Shown: positions 16,900-25,257 of the stretch, in pieces
Position numbering within the stretch: the first letter of the stretch is position 1
Layout of the letters: every line of letters begins with the position of its first letter
Assembly (NCBI RefSeq): GCF_000829315.1
Contig: NZ_AP013028.1
Span: forward strand, 180,001-212,000
Reading direction: 5' to 3'
Length of the DNA stretch: 32,000 nt
From: Wolbachia endosymbiont of Cimex lectularius
GTDB taxonomy: Bacteria; Pseudomonadota; Alphaproteobacteria; Rickettsiales; Anaplasmataceae
Notes under the pieces: model-generated
Database searches by the model: none
What the model saw: the letters and a program-made list of their open reading frames with translations, nothing else
Told to the model about the DNA's origin: nothing
Position numbers and translations under genes: made by a program

Positions 16900-18342
16900 G
16901 TGTTGTTACTTAGTATATTCTTGCTTCCACTAATAGGAGCGTTGATTTTATCTCTAATCAAGATCAATCATAAATCCATATACCTAAGATTCCTCTCTCT
17001 ACTTTTTGCTGTACTGCCGTTTTTACTTAGCATTGTAGCTTGTATAGGATTTGATTATAATAATCCGGACTTCCAGCTCGTTAGCTACCCAATTAGAAAC
17101 GCAGGAATAGGGGTGGATGGTATATCGCTACCTTTCCTTCTACTCACAACTTTCTTATTTGTTATTTGTGTACTCTACAATTGCAAAATGAGTTATACGA
17201 CTCTCAAGCCGTATATGGCATTATTTTTGCTGCTTGAAAGTTTTGTGGTCGGTTTCTTTATTTCACTGAATGCCGTAAGCTTTTATGTATTCTTTGAAGC
17301 TGTTCTAGTACCAATGTTTTTTATTATTGGCATTTGGGGAGGGAAACAAAGGGTATATGCGGCATTTAAGTTATTTCTCTATACACTTGCCGGTTCGTTG
17401 TTGTTTTTGCTTGGGTTAGTGTACATATATAACGTCTTTGGAACATTTGATATACAAAAATTAGCCACGTTAATGCCAAATCTTGATCTTGGAGTGCAAT
17501 CATTGTTGTGGATTGCATTTTTTGTCTCTTTTGCAATAAAAGTCCCGATGTTTCCGTTCCACACTTGGCTTCCTGATGCGCATGTGCAATCGCCAACTTC
17601 TGGATCGGTAATTTTAGCCGGCCTGCTTATTAAAATGGGAGGATACGGATTTTTAAGGTTCTCTATTCCAATGCTTCCTCAGGCAAGTTTCTATTTTTCA
17701 AATTTCATTGTTGTGTTAAGCGCAATTGCAGTAATATATGCTTCACTAGTTGCATTTGCTCAGAACGATATAAAGAAGCTAATAGCTTATTCTTCAATAG
17801 CGCACATGGGAATCGTAACTGCTGGCCTCTTTTCATTTTATGAAGAGGGGGTACTTGGTGCTGTGTTTCAAATGATTAGTCATGGCCTTATTTCTGCTGC
17901 TTTATTTTTGTGTGTTGGGATGCTATATACTCGAACTGGAACTTTGGAGATTGCAAAGTATTTTGGCATAGTAAACACGATGCCAAAATTTGGTTTTATG
18001 TTTATTTTATTTTCAATGGCCTCGATTGGGTTACCTGGAACGTCTGGGTTTATAGGTGAGTTTTTGGCTATGATTGGAATGTTTAAGAGCATAGGATTTT
18101 TTACAGGGTTTATCGCACTTGGTACTATTTTGAGTGCAGTTTATATGCTGAATTTATGCAAACAAACAATATGGGGAGTCAGCTATTCTAAATTATTGAA
18201 TAACCGTTTAGATAGCATGGAATTTTCTGTCTTAATTTTGCTTGCAGTGCTTGTTATTTTGCTTGGATTTTACCCAACTCTTGCACTAAATTATTTAAAG
18301 CCATGTATGGCAAATTTATCAGTTAAGTATAACGTCCTATGA
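16900..18342 (+). CDS. nuoM: NADH-quinone oxidoreductase subunit M
   Basis: GTG start. 480-aa antiporter-like subunit (FPFHTWLPDAHVQSPTSGSVILAG.LLKMGGYGF.RF). Confidence 0.95.
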   Translation: MLLLSIFLLPLIGALILSLIKINHKSIYLRFLSLLFAVLPFLLSIVACIGFDYNNPDFQLVSYPIRNAGIGVDGISLPFLLLTTFLFVICVLYNCKMSYTTLKPYMALFLLLESFVVGFFISLNAVSFYVFFEAVLVPMFFIIGIWGGKQRVYAAFKLFLYTLAGSLLFLLGLVYIYNVFGTFDIQKLATLMPNLDLGVQSLLWIAFFVSFAIKVPMFPFHTWLPDAHVQSPTSGSVILAGLLIKMGGYGFLRFSIPMLPQASFYFSNFIVVLSAIAVIYASLVAFAQNDIKKLIAYSSIAHMGIVTAGLFSFYEEGVLGAVFQMISHGLISAALFLCVGMLYTRTGTLEIAKYFGIVNTMPKFGFMFILFSMASIGLPGTSGFIGEFLAMIGMFKSIGFFTGFIALGTILSAVYMLNLCKQTIWGVSYSKLLNNRLDSMEFSVLILLAVLVILLGFYPTLALNYLKPCMANLSVKYNVL

Positions 18343-19733
18343 GCTATATACAGATATTGCCAGAAACGTTCTCTATTGTTTCCTCGTTAGTATTACTGCT
18401 GCTTGGTATCGTATTCAACCGCCGCACTATTAACTTGCTAGCACTGGGCTGCACAGCGATTACCTTGATTGTTTTAGTTCTCTTAGCAGAAAATAATGAA
18501 GTTTTTTTCTTCAATTCATTGTTAAAACTCAACTTATACATCAGATCGGCCCAAGGGTTGATCCTTATCGTAGGAGTTTTAATACTCTTGCTACTGAATT
18601 TATCAAAATATGACTATAAGTATGAATTTTCAGTACTGATTCTTTTTGCGCTGTTTGGCATGATTACTCTGGTTTCAGCAAATAATTTAATTTCTTTTTA
18701 TTTAGCTTTTGAATTGATGAGTATACCTTTATATGTTCTTGCGAGCTTTAATAAAGATTCAGTTTATTCATGCGAAGCAGGAGTGAAATATTTTACGCTC
18801 AGTGCGTTATCTTCCTGCATCATGTTGTACGGAATGTCGCTACTTTATGGATATACAGGACAAATCGATTTTTCTCAGTTAAATTCATTTGTACAAAACC
18901 ATCAGGTAACTTATGGAATAGTTTTTGGGTTGGTCTTTATCCTTATAGGTTTGTGTTTCAAGCTTGCTATTGTTCCTTTTCATATGTGGGCTCCGGATGT
19001 CTATCAAGGTGCACCTACCATAGTGACTGCGTTTTTTTCTACTGCTCCAAAAGCTGCACTTGTAACATTTTTAATTAGACTGATGAATGAGGAATTAGTA
19101 AATGTCAAAAATTATGTTCAACCTGTTCTTTTATATGTTTCAGCATTATCTGTGCTTATCTCAGCTTTTGGGGCTTTGCGACAAAAAAACCTAAAAAGGC
19201 TGCTTGCTTACAGTTCAATAGGTCATGTTGGCTTCATATTTGCTTCGCTTTCTATTTTTACGCGGATGGGAACAGACAGCTCTTTGACGTATTTGATGAT
19301 GTATATCGTTATAAGCATAGGATTGTTCTCATATTTCATACAAATTGACGATGACGATTGCAATATTGCAAATTTATCTGGTGTGGGGAAAAAACATCCG
19401 GTTTTAGCATTTCATCTTTCTATACTATTGCTTTCTATGGCGGGAATACCACCACTTGCAGGGTTTTTTGTTAAGCTGTTTATATTTAAAGGTCTAATAA
19501 ACTCAGGCTTTATCGGTCTATCTTTGATCCTTGTAGTAGCAAGTGTTATATCATGTTACTACTACCTAAATATCATAAAAGCTATGTATTTTGATAAGAC
19601 TAGTGGTAATAAGATTACTTACCCTAAGGGGCTATTCATCATCACTTCAGTGGCTTCCTTAATCAATATCATTCTTTTTATATATGTAGAGGATTTATAC
19701 TCGCTAATTCATTTAGTAACTAAAGGGTTATAA
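18339..19733 (+). CDS. nuoN: NADH-quinone oxidoreductase subunit N
   Basis: 464-aa antiporter-like subunit (VPFHMWAPDVYQGAPT.VTAF). 4-nt overlap with nuoM. Confidence 0.94.
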   Translation: MSYIQILPETFSIVSSLVLLLLGIVFNRRTINLLALGCTAITLIVLVLLAENNEVFFFNSLLKLNLYIRSAQGLILIVGVLILLLLNLSKYDYKYEFSVLILFALFGMITLVSANNLISFYLAFELMSIPLYVLASFNKDSVYSCEAGVKYFTLSALSSCIMLYGMSLLYGYTGQIDFSQLNSFVQNHQVTYGIVFGLVFILIGLCFKLAIVPFHMWAPDVYQGAPTIVTAFFSTAPKAALVTFLIRLMNEELVNVKNYVQPVLLYVSALSVLISAFGALRQKNLKRLLAYSSIGHVGFIFASLSIFTRMGTDSSLTYLMMYIVISIGLFSYFIQIDDDDCNIANLSGVGKKHPVLAFHLSILLLSMAGIPPLAGFFVKLFIFKGLINSGFIGLSLILVVASVISCYYYLNIIKAMYFDKTSGNKITYPKGLFIITSVASLINIILFIYVEDLYSLIHLVTKGL

Positions 19734-19734
19734 A

Positions 19735-20526
19735 GTGATTCCTAAGATATTCGAGGGCTTTCATATTCATCATTACAAAGGAGTCTCTAGCACTAATAGG
19801 GAAGCATTGGACTTAATTGATAAAGGGATATCACATGAAACCGTTATTATTGCCGATAAGCAAACAGATGGTAGAGGGCGCACCGGAAAAAGCTGGGTTT
19901 CTCCAAAAGGCAATTTTTGTGCAAGTTTAATTACAGATCTCTTACATAATCGTTCTGGTATCATTCCAACGCTGGATTCCAGAGTCACGCGCTGGAATGA
20001 TAGAGAAAATCTAAGTGAGTTAACAGAATTGACTTTTGTTACTGCTGTTGCTGTTGGCAATACATTATCATTATTTACAGATGATAGTAACATTCAATAT
20101 AAATGGCCAAATGACGTTTTGGTAGATGGCAAGAAAATAAGTGGAATATTGCTTGAAAAAAAATCTAATTCAAGTGGGTTAGTTATAGGAATTGGAATTA
20201 ATATTGATCATGCGCCACTTTCAGGAGCAACATGCGTTAGCAGCTACGGCGAGTCTGTGTCTAACACAGATCTATTAAAAGAACTAATAACAAACTTTAA
20301 TAAACTAAGAAAACAGTGGTTATTTGACGGGTTTCATACTATAAGAGAAATGTGGCTGAAAAGAGCGTTCAAAATGAATGAACAAATCAGCGTAAAGTTA
20401 GCTGGCAAATTGCACGAGGGGATTTTTCTTGATATAGATAAAAGTGGTAGATTGGTATTGCAGCAAAAAGATGGAAGTTTAATTTATTCTGATGCAGGCG
20501 AGTTATTTGTTGATAGTGCATTATGA
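19735..20526 (+). CDS. birA: biotin--[acetyl-CoA-carboxylase] ligase (group I, no HTH domain), carrying an in-frame palindromic-repeat insertion
   Basis: GTG start. Carries the BirA signature QTDGRGRTGKSWVSPKGN and KWPNDV.VDGKKISGILLE. Residues about 75-91 are encoded by a repeat-derived palindrome (see the repeat at 19959-20002). Confidence 0.9.
   Translation: MIPKIFEGFHIHHYKGVSSTNREALDLIDKGISHETVIIADKQTDGRGRTGKSWVSPKGNFCASLITDLLHNRSGIIPTLDSRVTRWNDRENLSELTELTFVTAVAVGNTLSLFTDDSNIQYKWPNDVLVDGKKISGILLEKKSNSSGLVIGIGINIDHAPLSGATCVSSYGESVSNTDLLKELITNFNKLRKQWLFDGFHTIREMWLKRAFKMNEQISVKLAGKLHEGIFLDIDKSGRLVLQQKDGSLIYSDAGELFVDSAL
19959..20002. repeat. mini palindromic element inside the birA coding sequence
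   Basis: Arms TATCATTCCAACGC (19959-19972) and GCGCTGGAATGATA (19989-20002) are reverse complements with one mismatch. They match the terminal repeats of the MITE-like element. An exact 17-mer GTCACGCGCTGGAATGA occurs at 19984-20000, 13682-13698 and 31535-31551. Confidence 0.75.
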
Positions 20527-20660
20527 ATACATATGTAATTTTCGCTTACCTTATCAGTTTTGCATTGATTGCTGGAGAACTGATTTTTACTATTTCTTGC
20601 TATATCAAAAGCAAAAAAATCTTAGAAAGCCTTAAAAATAATAATGAAGAAAAAACATAA
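20523..20660 (+). CDS. ccmD: heme exporter protein CcmD (45 aa; below the ORF-track length cutoff)
   Basis: My translation is MNTYVIFAYLISFALIAGELIFTISCYIKSKKILESLKNNNEEKT*. It has a single TM helix with a CcmD-like YV..AY start. The ATG overlaps the birA stop (ATGA), the 3' end overlaps the ccmE start, and it lies directly upstream of ccmE. Confidence 0.6.
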   Translation: MNTYVIFAYLISFALIAGELIFTISCYIKSKKILESLKNNNEEKT

Positions 20661-21042
20661 GCGGTTATTTATAGCTTCAGGAGCTTTCTTCTTTTTAAAT
20701 TGTATAGTTTTTCTCATCCTAACAACACTCAAAGAAAACATCTCATTTTTTTATACAGTAAGTGAAGCGGTAGTTTTACCAAACAATCAAAAGCCAATCC
20801 GTATCGGTGGTATGATTGTTGAGGATAGTGTGATACGCAACGAAAATGAGGTGGTTTTTCAAATGACAGATTTTAACAAGAGCATTGTGGTAAAATATCA
20901 GGGAATACTTCCACCAATGTTTTCAGAAAAAAGTGGTGTTGTTGTACAAGGTAAAATGCTAGGCAGTGGCGCCTTTTTAGCAGACACAGTGTTTGCAAAA
21001 CATGATGAAAATTATATGCCTCGAGAGCAAGTAATAAAATAG
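20644..21042 (+). CDS. ccmE: cytochrome c-type biogenesis heme chaperone CcmE
   Basis: 132 aa with an N-terminal membrane anchor, an OB-fold region (IRIGGMV..SV) and a heme-binding His motif FAKHDENYMP. Confidence 0.93.
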   Translation: MKKKHKRLFIASGAFFFLNCIVFLILTTLKENISFFYTVSEAVVLPNNQKPIRIGGMIVEDSVIRNENEVVFQMTDFNKSIVVKYQGILPPMFSEKSGVVVQGKMLGSGAFLADTVFAKHDENYMPREQVIK

Positions 21043-21050
21043 AGAATTTT

Positions 21051-21761
21051 TTATTTCGTACGTACGTAGCGAATAAATTTTCTCACATATTCATTTTTAG
21101 TATTTTTTATTTCTTGAACAGTTCCATGGGAGATGATGCTTCCCTCATATAATACTGCTATCTTATCAGCTATTTTAAATGCACTATGAATATCATGTGT
21201 AATTGTGATAATCGTAGGATTAAGGTCTTTAGACAGCTTCATTATTATCTCGTTTACTGTATCTGACATAATTGGGTCTAGTCCTGAGGTTGGCTCGTCC
21301 AATACAATAATTTCTGGGTTGTGTGCAATTGCCCTTGCAAGCGCTACCCTTTTTTTCATTCCACCTGATAGCTCTATCGGAAACATATCTGCTATGTTTT
21401 TCTCCAGCCCGACATCACTTAACTTTTCAATTGCGAGTTGCTTTGCCTCCTTTTTGTTGATATTGAAGCGCTTCGTGTAATTAAAAGATATGTTTTCCCA
21501 GACTGTAACATAGTCGAATAAGGCGGAATTCTGGAATAAAACTCCAAATTTATTTTTGCTTTTGCTATTTATTTTAATGGACCCTGAGTCCGGTGTCAGC
21601 AAGCCAATGATTGTTTTTGTTAATACAGATTTGCCACTTCCTGAGCCACCGAGTATGACTAGTGATTCTCCTTTGAATATATCAAAACTTATGTTGTTTA
21701 GTATCGTTTTATCATCAAAAGATAAGCTTAAGTTCGATATTGATATTATGAGACTATGCAT
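21051..21761 (-). CDS. mlaF: ABC transporter ATP-binding protein (MlaF-like)
   Basis: Walker A GGSGSGKS, signature LSGGMKKR, Walker B IIVLDEPTSGLD. Overlaps the upstream MlaE-type permease gene by 8 nt. Confidence 0.85.
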   Translation of the reverse strand: MHSLIISISNLSLSFDDKTILNNISFDIFKGESLVILGGSGSGKSVLTKTIIGLLTPDSGSIKINSKSKNKFGVLFQNSALFDYVTVWENISFNYTKRFNINKKEAKQLAIEKLSDVGLEKNIADMFPIELSGGMKKRVALARAIAHNPEIIVLDEPTSGLDPIMSDTVNEIIMKLSKDLNPTIITITHDIHSAFKIADKIAVLYEGSIISHGTVQEIKNTKNEYVRKFIRYVRTK

Positions 21762-22536
21762 GTATCAAAATAATCATGTAGTTTGCTAAAAAAATCAGTA
21801 TGAATGATAAAACAACAGTTGATGTTGTAGCAATGCCGACTCCTCGAGCACCTTCTCTGCAGTGGTAACCGTAATAACAGCTTGAGACGGAAATTATGAC
21901 GCCAAAAGCAGCTGCCTTTATTAGTCCAGTGATAAAATCGTTCATATTGAAGAATTGAGCTGTATATTTTATGTATATATTCACATTGTGGTTAAATTCA
22001 AAAACTGCAGTGATATATCCCCCAAATATTCCTATTAGATCTGCACATACTATAAGTATAGGGAATACTATAACTGACGCTAAAATCCTTGGTGCAATTA
22101 AGTATTTGAAAGGATTGATGTTCAAGGTTGTAAGTGCATCTATTTGTTCGGTGATGCGCATAGTACCAATTTCTGCCGCAATTGATGATCCAACTTTTCC
22201 TACCATTATTAAGCTGATTAAAACTGGCCCTAACTCTTTAATGATGGTGATCGTGACAAGCTTAGGTATTACTTGCTCTTGACTAATCAATGGACCACTC
22301 AAGCTGCTTTGCAAGACTATCACTGCTCCTATAGAAACCCCTGTAAGTCCAACAGTTGGCAAGGAAAGAAAGCCTATCTCTATAATTTGTCTTGCTATGT
22401 TGCTTAAATAGTATGGCGGTGTAAAGCAGTGGTATAGAGATTGAATAAAAAATATAAAGGCACTACCAAACCTCAACAAGAGGTTGATAAAGCACCTGCC
22501 GATTATTCTAATACCATTTATATCAAAAGAGTTCAC
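21754..22536 (-). CDS. mlaE: ABC transporter permease, MlaE family
   Basis: 260-aa polytopic protein with the MlaE block IAAEIGTMRITEQIDAL..L.I.P..YL..PR.LA. Confidence 0.85.
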   Translation of the reverse strand: MNSFDINGIRIIGRCFINLLLRFGSAFIFFIQSLYHCFTPPYYLSNIARQIIEIGFLSLPTVGLTGVSIGAVIVLQSSLSGPLISQEQVIPKLVTITIIKELGPVLISLIMVGKVGSSIAAEIGTMRITEQIDALTTLNINPFKYLIAPRILASVIVFPILIVCADLIGIFGGYITAVFEFNHNVNIYIKYTAQFFNMNDFITGLIKAAAFGVIISVSSCYYGYHCREGARGVGIATTSTVVLSFILIFLANYMIILIHA

Positions 22537-22698
22537 TTTGCATTTGTCTCAGCTAAAAATCAGTTTTACTGAAAATTTTTGTTAACTTCATCGCAGAGTA
22601 TAGCTAAGATATGTCCTAAGTTCAATATGCTTTAGACTTTTCGCATAACAAATCAGTTTTGGCAGCGTATGTCATCCAACAGAAACAAAAAAAACCAC

Positions 22699-22727
22699 TT
22701 GACAAATTCTTCCAATCCTTTTATCAT
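22699..22727 (+). promoter_or_regulatory. near-consensus sigma70 promoter with upstream A-tract (copy P1)
   Basis: agaaacaaaaaaaaccac-TTGACA (22699-22704), 17 nt, TATCAT (22722-22727). It fires rightwards into repeat sequence, towards the recombinase pseudogene about 620 bp away. Confidence 0.5.
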
Positions 22728-22772
22728 GGTATTGAAGCTATTTGTTTAACTTCCCAATCTGTGCAGGTTAAA

Positions 22773-22844
22773 ATGACAAGAAAACTTGTATTTGGCGTAC
22801 TATTGTTTAATTTTTCGCACTATGTGCACTGCATGTCTTTTTAA
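22773..22844 (+). CDS. candidate small hydrophobic ORF (23 aa, MTRKLVFGVLLFNFSHYVHCMSF) inside repeat copy P1
   Basis: The ATG lies about 40 nt downstream of the predicted transcription start, with AGG 8-10 nt upstream. The start ATGACAA and several downstream blocks are shared with the 13859-13966 ORF. It is absent from copy P3 because of the 63-bp indel. Confidence 0.2.
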   Translation: MTRKLVFGVLLFNFSHYVHCMSF

Positions 22845-24923
22845 AACTTCGGGTTTTTACCCATACAAGCTGAAACGCGCTTATAAGTCGTTTAAGACAT
22901 CACCCAACGTCGGATTTTAAAATAGAGAGTGGAATAACTAGCTACCTCGGGGTTTTATTGTCCTTTTCTTCTACTTGGTAAATTTCTTAAATATTATAGC
23001 TTAGACTAGTTGCGCTTAAAAGCAGCTAAATTGCAGCGTTTAAGGCATAAAAACGCCAATACTGAAAATAAATACTGACCGGAGTTTCTTTTGCCTTTTC
23101 CTCTATTTGATAAATTTCTTAAATATTTATTGCTAAAGCAATTTAAGAGTCCAAAAGGTATCGTCCCAGTGTTGGCTACTTGTGTTTTAGGCAAAATCTG
23201 TTACAACATTTAGCACACTGCCCTCGCAAACAACAGATGTATGCTTGACATTGGCATACAGTAAGCTTAACTCATTAGATATAAAAGTTAGTATATTTGT
23301 AAAGTGGAGATAAACCATTAATAGTAGCAGACTTTGCAAAGTACGGTAAAATGACAGTAGTAAGTTTATATGCGAGAGTTTTGTCGAAAAGGCAAGTACA
23401 AGAGGATACAATAGGTAGCCAACTTGCTGACTTGGAAAGTAGAATTGATAAGGATGGGTACGAGCTGCTAAATGAATATAAATTCATCGATAATGGTCAT
23501 AGCGGATCAAATTTAAAGCGTCCTGGTTTAAATAGTTTACGTGGTAAAGTAGCAAAAGGTAAAATTGGTAAAATTTACGTTCATTCGCCTGACCGTTTGT
23601 CACGTAAATATACAGATCTGAAATTCTTATTTAAAGAGTTCCAAAAAGCAGGAACAGAGGTAATCTTTTTAGATGATAGTCTAGAATCTGAACTACTAAA
23701 AGATATGCGAGGAATAACAGCAGAATACTCGTACGAGAAGATGAAAGAACGAAATCGCCGAGGGAAAATCCGTGCAGCGAGAGAAGGTCGTGTAAGTGTA
23801 ATGCTCCTTATGGTTACTGTTATGTAAGGCATATAGTGAGGGAAGAAACAAGGTTTGAAATTAATGAAGAGAAAGCGGAAATAGTGCGCAAACTGTTTGC
23901 GTGGGTAGGTCAGGAAAGAGTGACTTTCAGAGAAGCTGTACAACGACTGAAAAAGATGCGTATTATTACACCAAAGGGCAAAAGAGATTGGCATCCAAGT
24001 GCAATTAATAGAATCTTGAAGAATCCTGCATACAAAGGGCAAGCGGCATTTGGTAAAACCAAGGTAGGTCCAATAAAAAAAGAAGTAGCGTGGGAAATGC
24101 GCGAAAAAAGCTATTCCGTTTATCATAATGACCGAGAAAATTGGATTCATATAACAATACCAAGTATAATTGAAGAGGAATTATTTGATGCAGTACAAGA
24201 ACAACTGGCTGAGAATAGGAAAAGAGCGAGAGTACAGAAGGGTAAAGAAACGTCTTTGCTACAAGGATTGGCTGTATGTTGGCATTGTGGATATACCTAT
24301 CACGGTATAAAAAGTGGCAATATTAAAAGAAGCTACTATCGTTGTAGTGGTTCGAACCTTTATTATTGTGGTGAAACCAGAATATGTAGTAGTAAGCCAA
24401 TTCGTGCAGAAATATTGGAAACTCCTGTCTGGGAAGAAGTGAAAAGCTTATTAAAAGAGCCAGACAGAATTATAAAGGAGTACCAACATAGAATTTCAGA
24501 GCATAAAAAACCACTGGATAAAACGTTTGAAAAACAGAAAGGTAGATTAAATAGAGATATTGAAATGCTCATTGATGGCTATATCCCAAAACATAATCTT
24601 GAGGAGGAAGAAAGCGGATTAAATCAAAGTATTGAAGGGCTCACTTACTGTTATAATAAAGGATACATAGATGAGGAAGGGTTTAAGCTGAGAATGAAGG
24701 AGATAAAGCAAGATTTGGAGAAAGTTAAAAAGCAAAAGGAAAAGATGAAAGATCAGGAAGCAGTACAACGGGAGTTAGCTAGTATTGCAAATAGCTTAAA
24801 GAGGTTTTCCTCTAGTATTAAGCCAGAGCTTGACCAATTGCATTGGATAGACAGACGTAGTGTGATAAAGAAATTAGTTAAGAGAATTGAGGTTAGCCTT
24901 GATCGCATAACCATAGTATTTCG

Positions 24924-24994
24924 AATAAAAAAACTTGTCCAATCTTGCCCAAAATGGATAAAGTCAAAGTTTATAATATTGTCACGGGAGTTTA
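24924..24994 (+). repeat. 71-bp direct repeat, copy 1 (at the recombinase 3' end)
   Basis: AATAAAAAAACTTGTCCAATCTTGCCCAAAATGGATAAAGTCAAAGTTTATAATATTGTCACGGGAGTTTA. It recurs 157 bp downstream with 3 mismatches. Confidence 0.8.
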
Positions 24995-25080
24995 GATGTC
25001 AGTACTGTGCACACAGGTTTAGAATTTGCTGTTGGTTATTAGTCTTTTACCTAAAAAATTTGATTTTAAGACATATTTCA

Positions 25081-25151
25081 AATAAAAAAACTTGTCCAAC
25101 CTTGCCTAAAATGGATAAAGTTAAAGTTTATAATATTGTCACGGGAGTTTA
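25081..25151 (+). repeat. 71-bp direct repeat, copy 2
   Basis: 68 of 71 identical to 24924-24994. Confidence 0.8.
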
Positions 25152-25170
25152 AGCAAGCTTTAACACAAAA

Positions 25171-25257
25171 ATTGTATAGTTGGGTATAAACTTCATCGGC
25201 ACAATATCTGCATTATATTACTTTTGTATTGTGCTAATAAAATGCAGATAATGCAAC
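25171..25257 (-). repeat. duplicated fragment of the Fic gene start plus its promoter/palindrome region (87 bp)
   Basis: Near-identical to 27160-27246 (a few mismatches). Contains GTGCCGATGAAGTTTAT (M)PMKFI.. and the ATCTGCAT..ATGCAGAT palindrome. It abuts the truncated IS end at 25261. Confidence 0.8.

Larger units (their letters stand above)
22690..23160. repeat. composite intergenic repeat, copy P1 (promoter-bearing)
   Basis: Reverse-complement match over roughly 400 bp to 31560-32000, apart from a 63-bp indel (22766-22828). Shares blocks with 13720-14075. Confidence 0.75.
23351..25152 (+). pseudogene. large serine recombinase (phage-integrase type), inactivated
   Basis: Resolvase-type N-domain (YARV-L-SKRQ.., ..VHSPDRLSR, ..E.ERI.ER..RG), recombinase domain and Cys4 zinc ribbon (CWHCG..YYRCSG..) plus coiled coil. 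It is split into 23351-23827 and 23836-25152 by a 1-nt frameshift near 23798-23806 (..EGRVSV / NAPYGYCYV..). The catalytic Ser position is Leu (TTG at 23381-23383). The 3' extension past about 24930 runs through repeats and is probably not native. Confidence 0.85.

Noticed and set aside
22659-22844. Full 61-aa ORF from the track.
   Set aside because: Its first 38 codons lie upstream of or across the predicted promoter hexamers. Only the distal 23 codons (22773-22844) could be translated from the predicted transcript, and even those are low confidence.
23581-24150. 189-aa minus-strand ORF overlapping the recombinase gene.
   Set aside because: It is antisense to a clearly recognisable serine-recombinase frame. 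Its low-complexity, Phe/Ser-rich translation is typical of a shadow ORF.
24344-24360. tRNA T-arm-like GGTTCGAA motifs (here and at about 29983-29992).
   Set aside because: Both lie inside well-supported coding frames. No acceptor, D-arm or anticodon-arm structure could be built around them.
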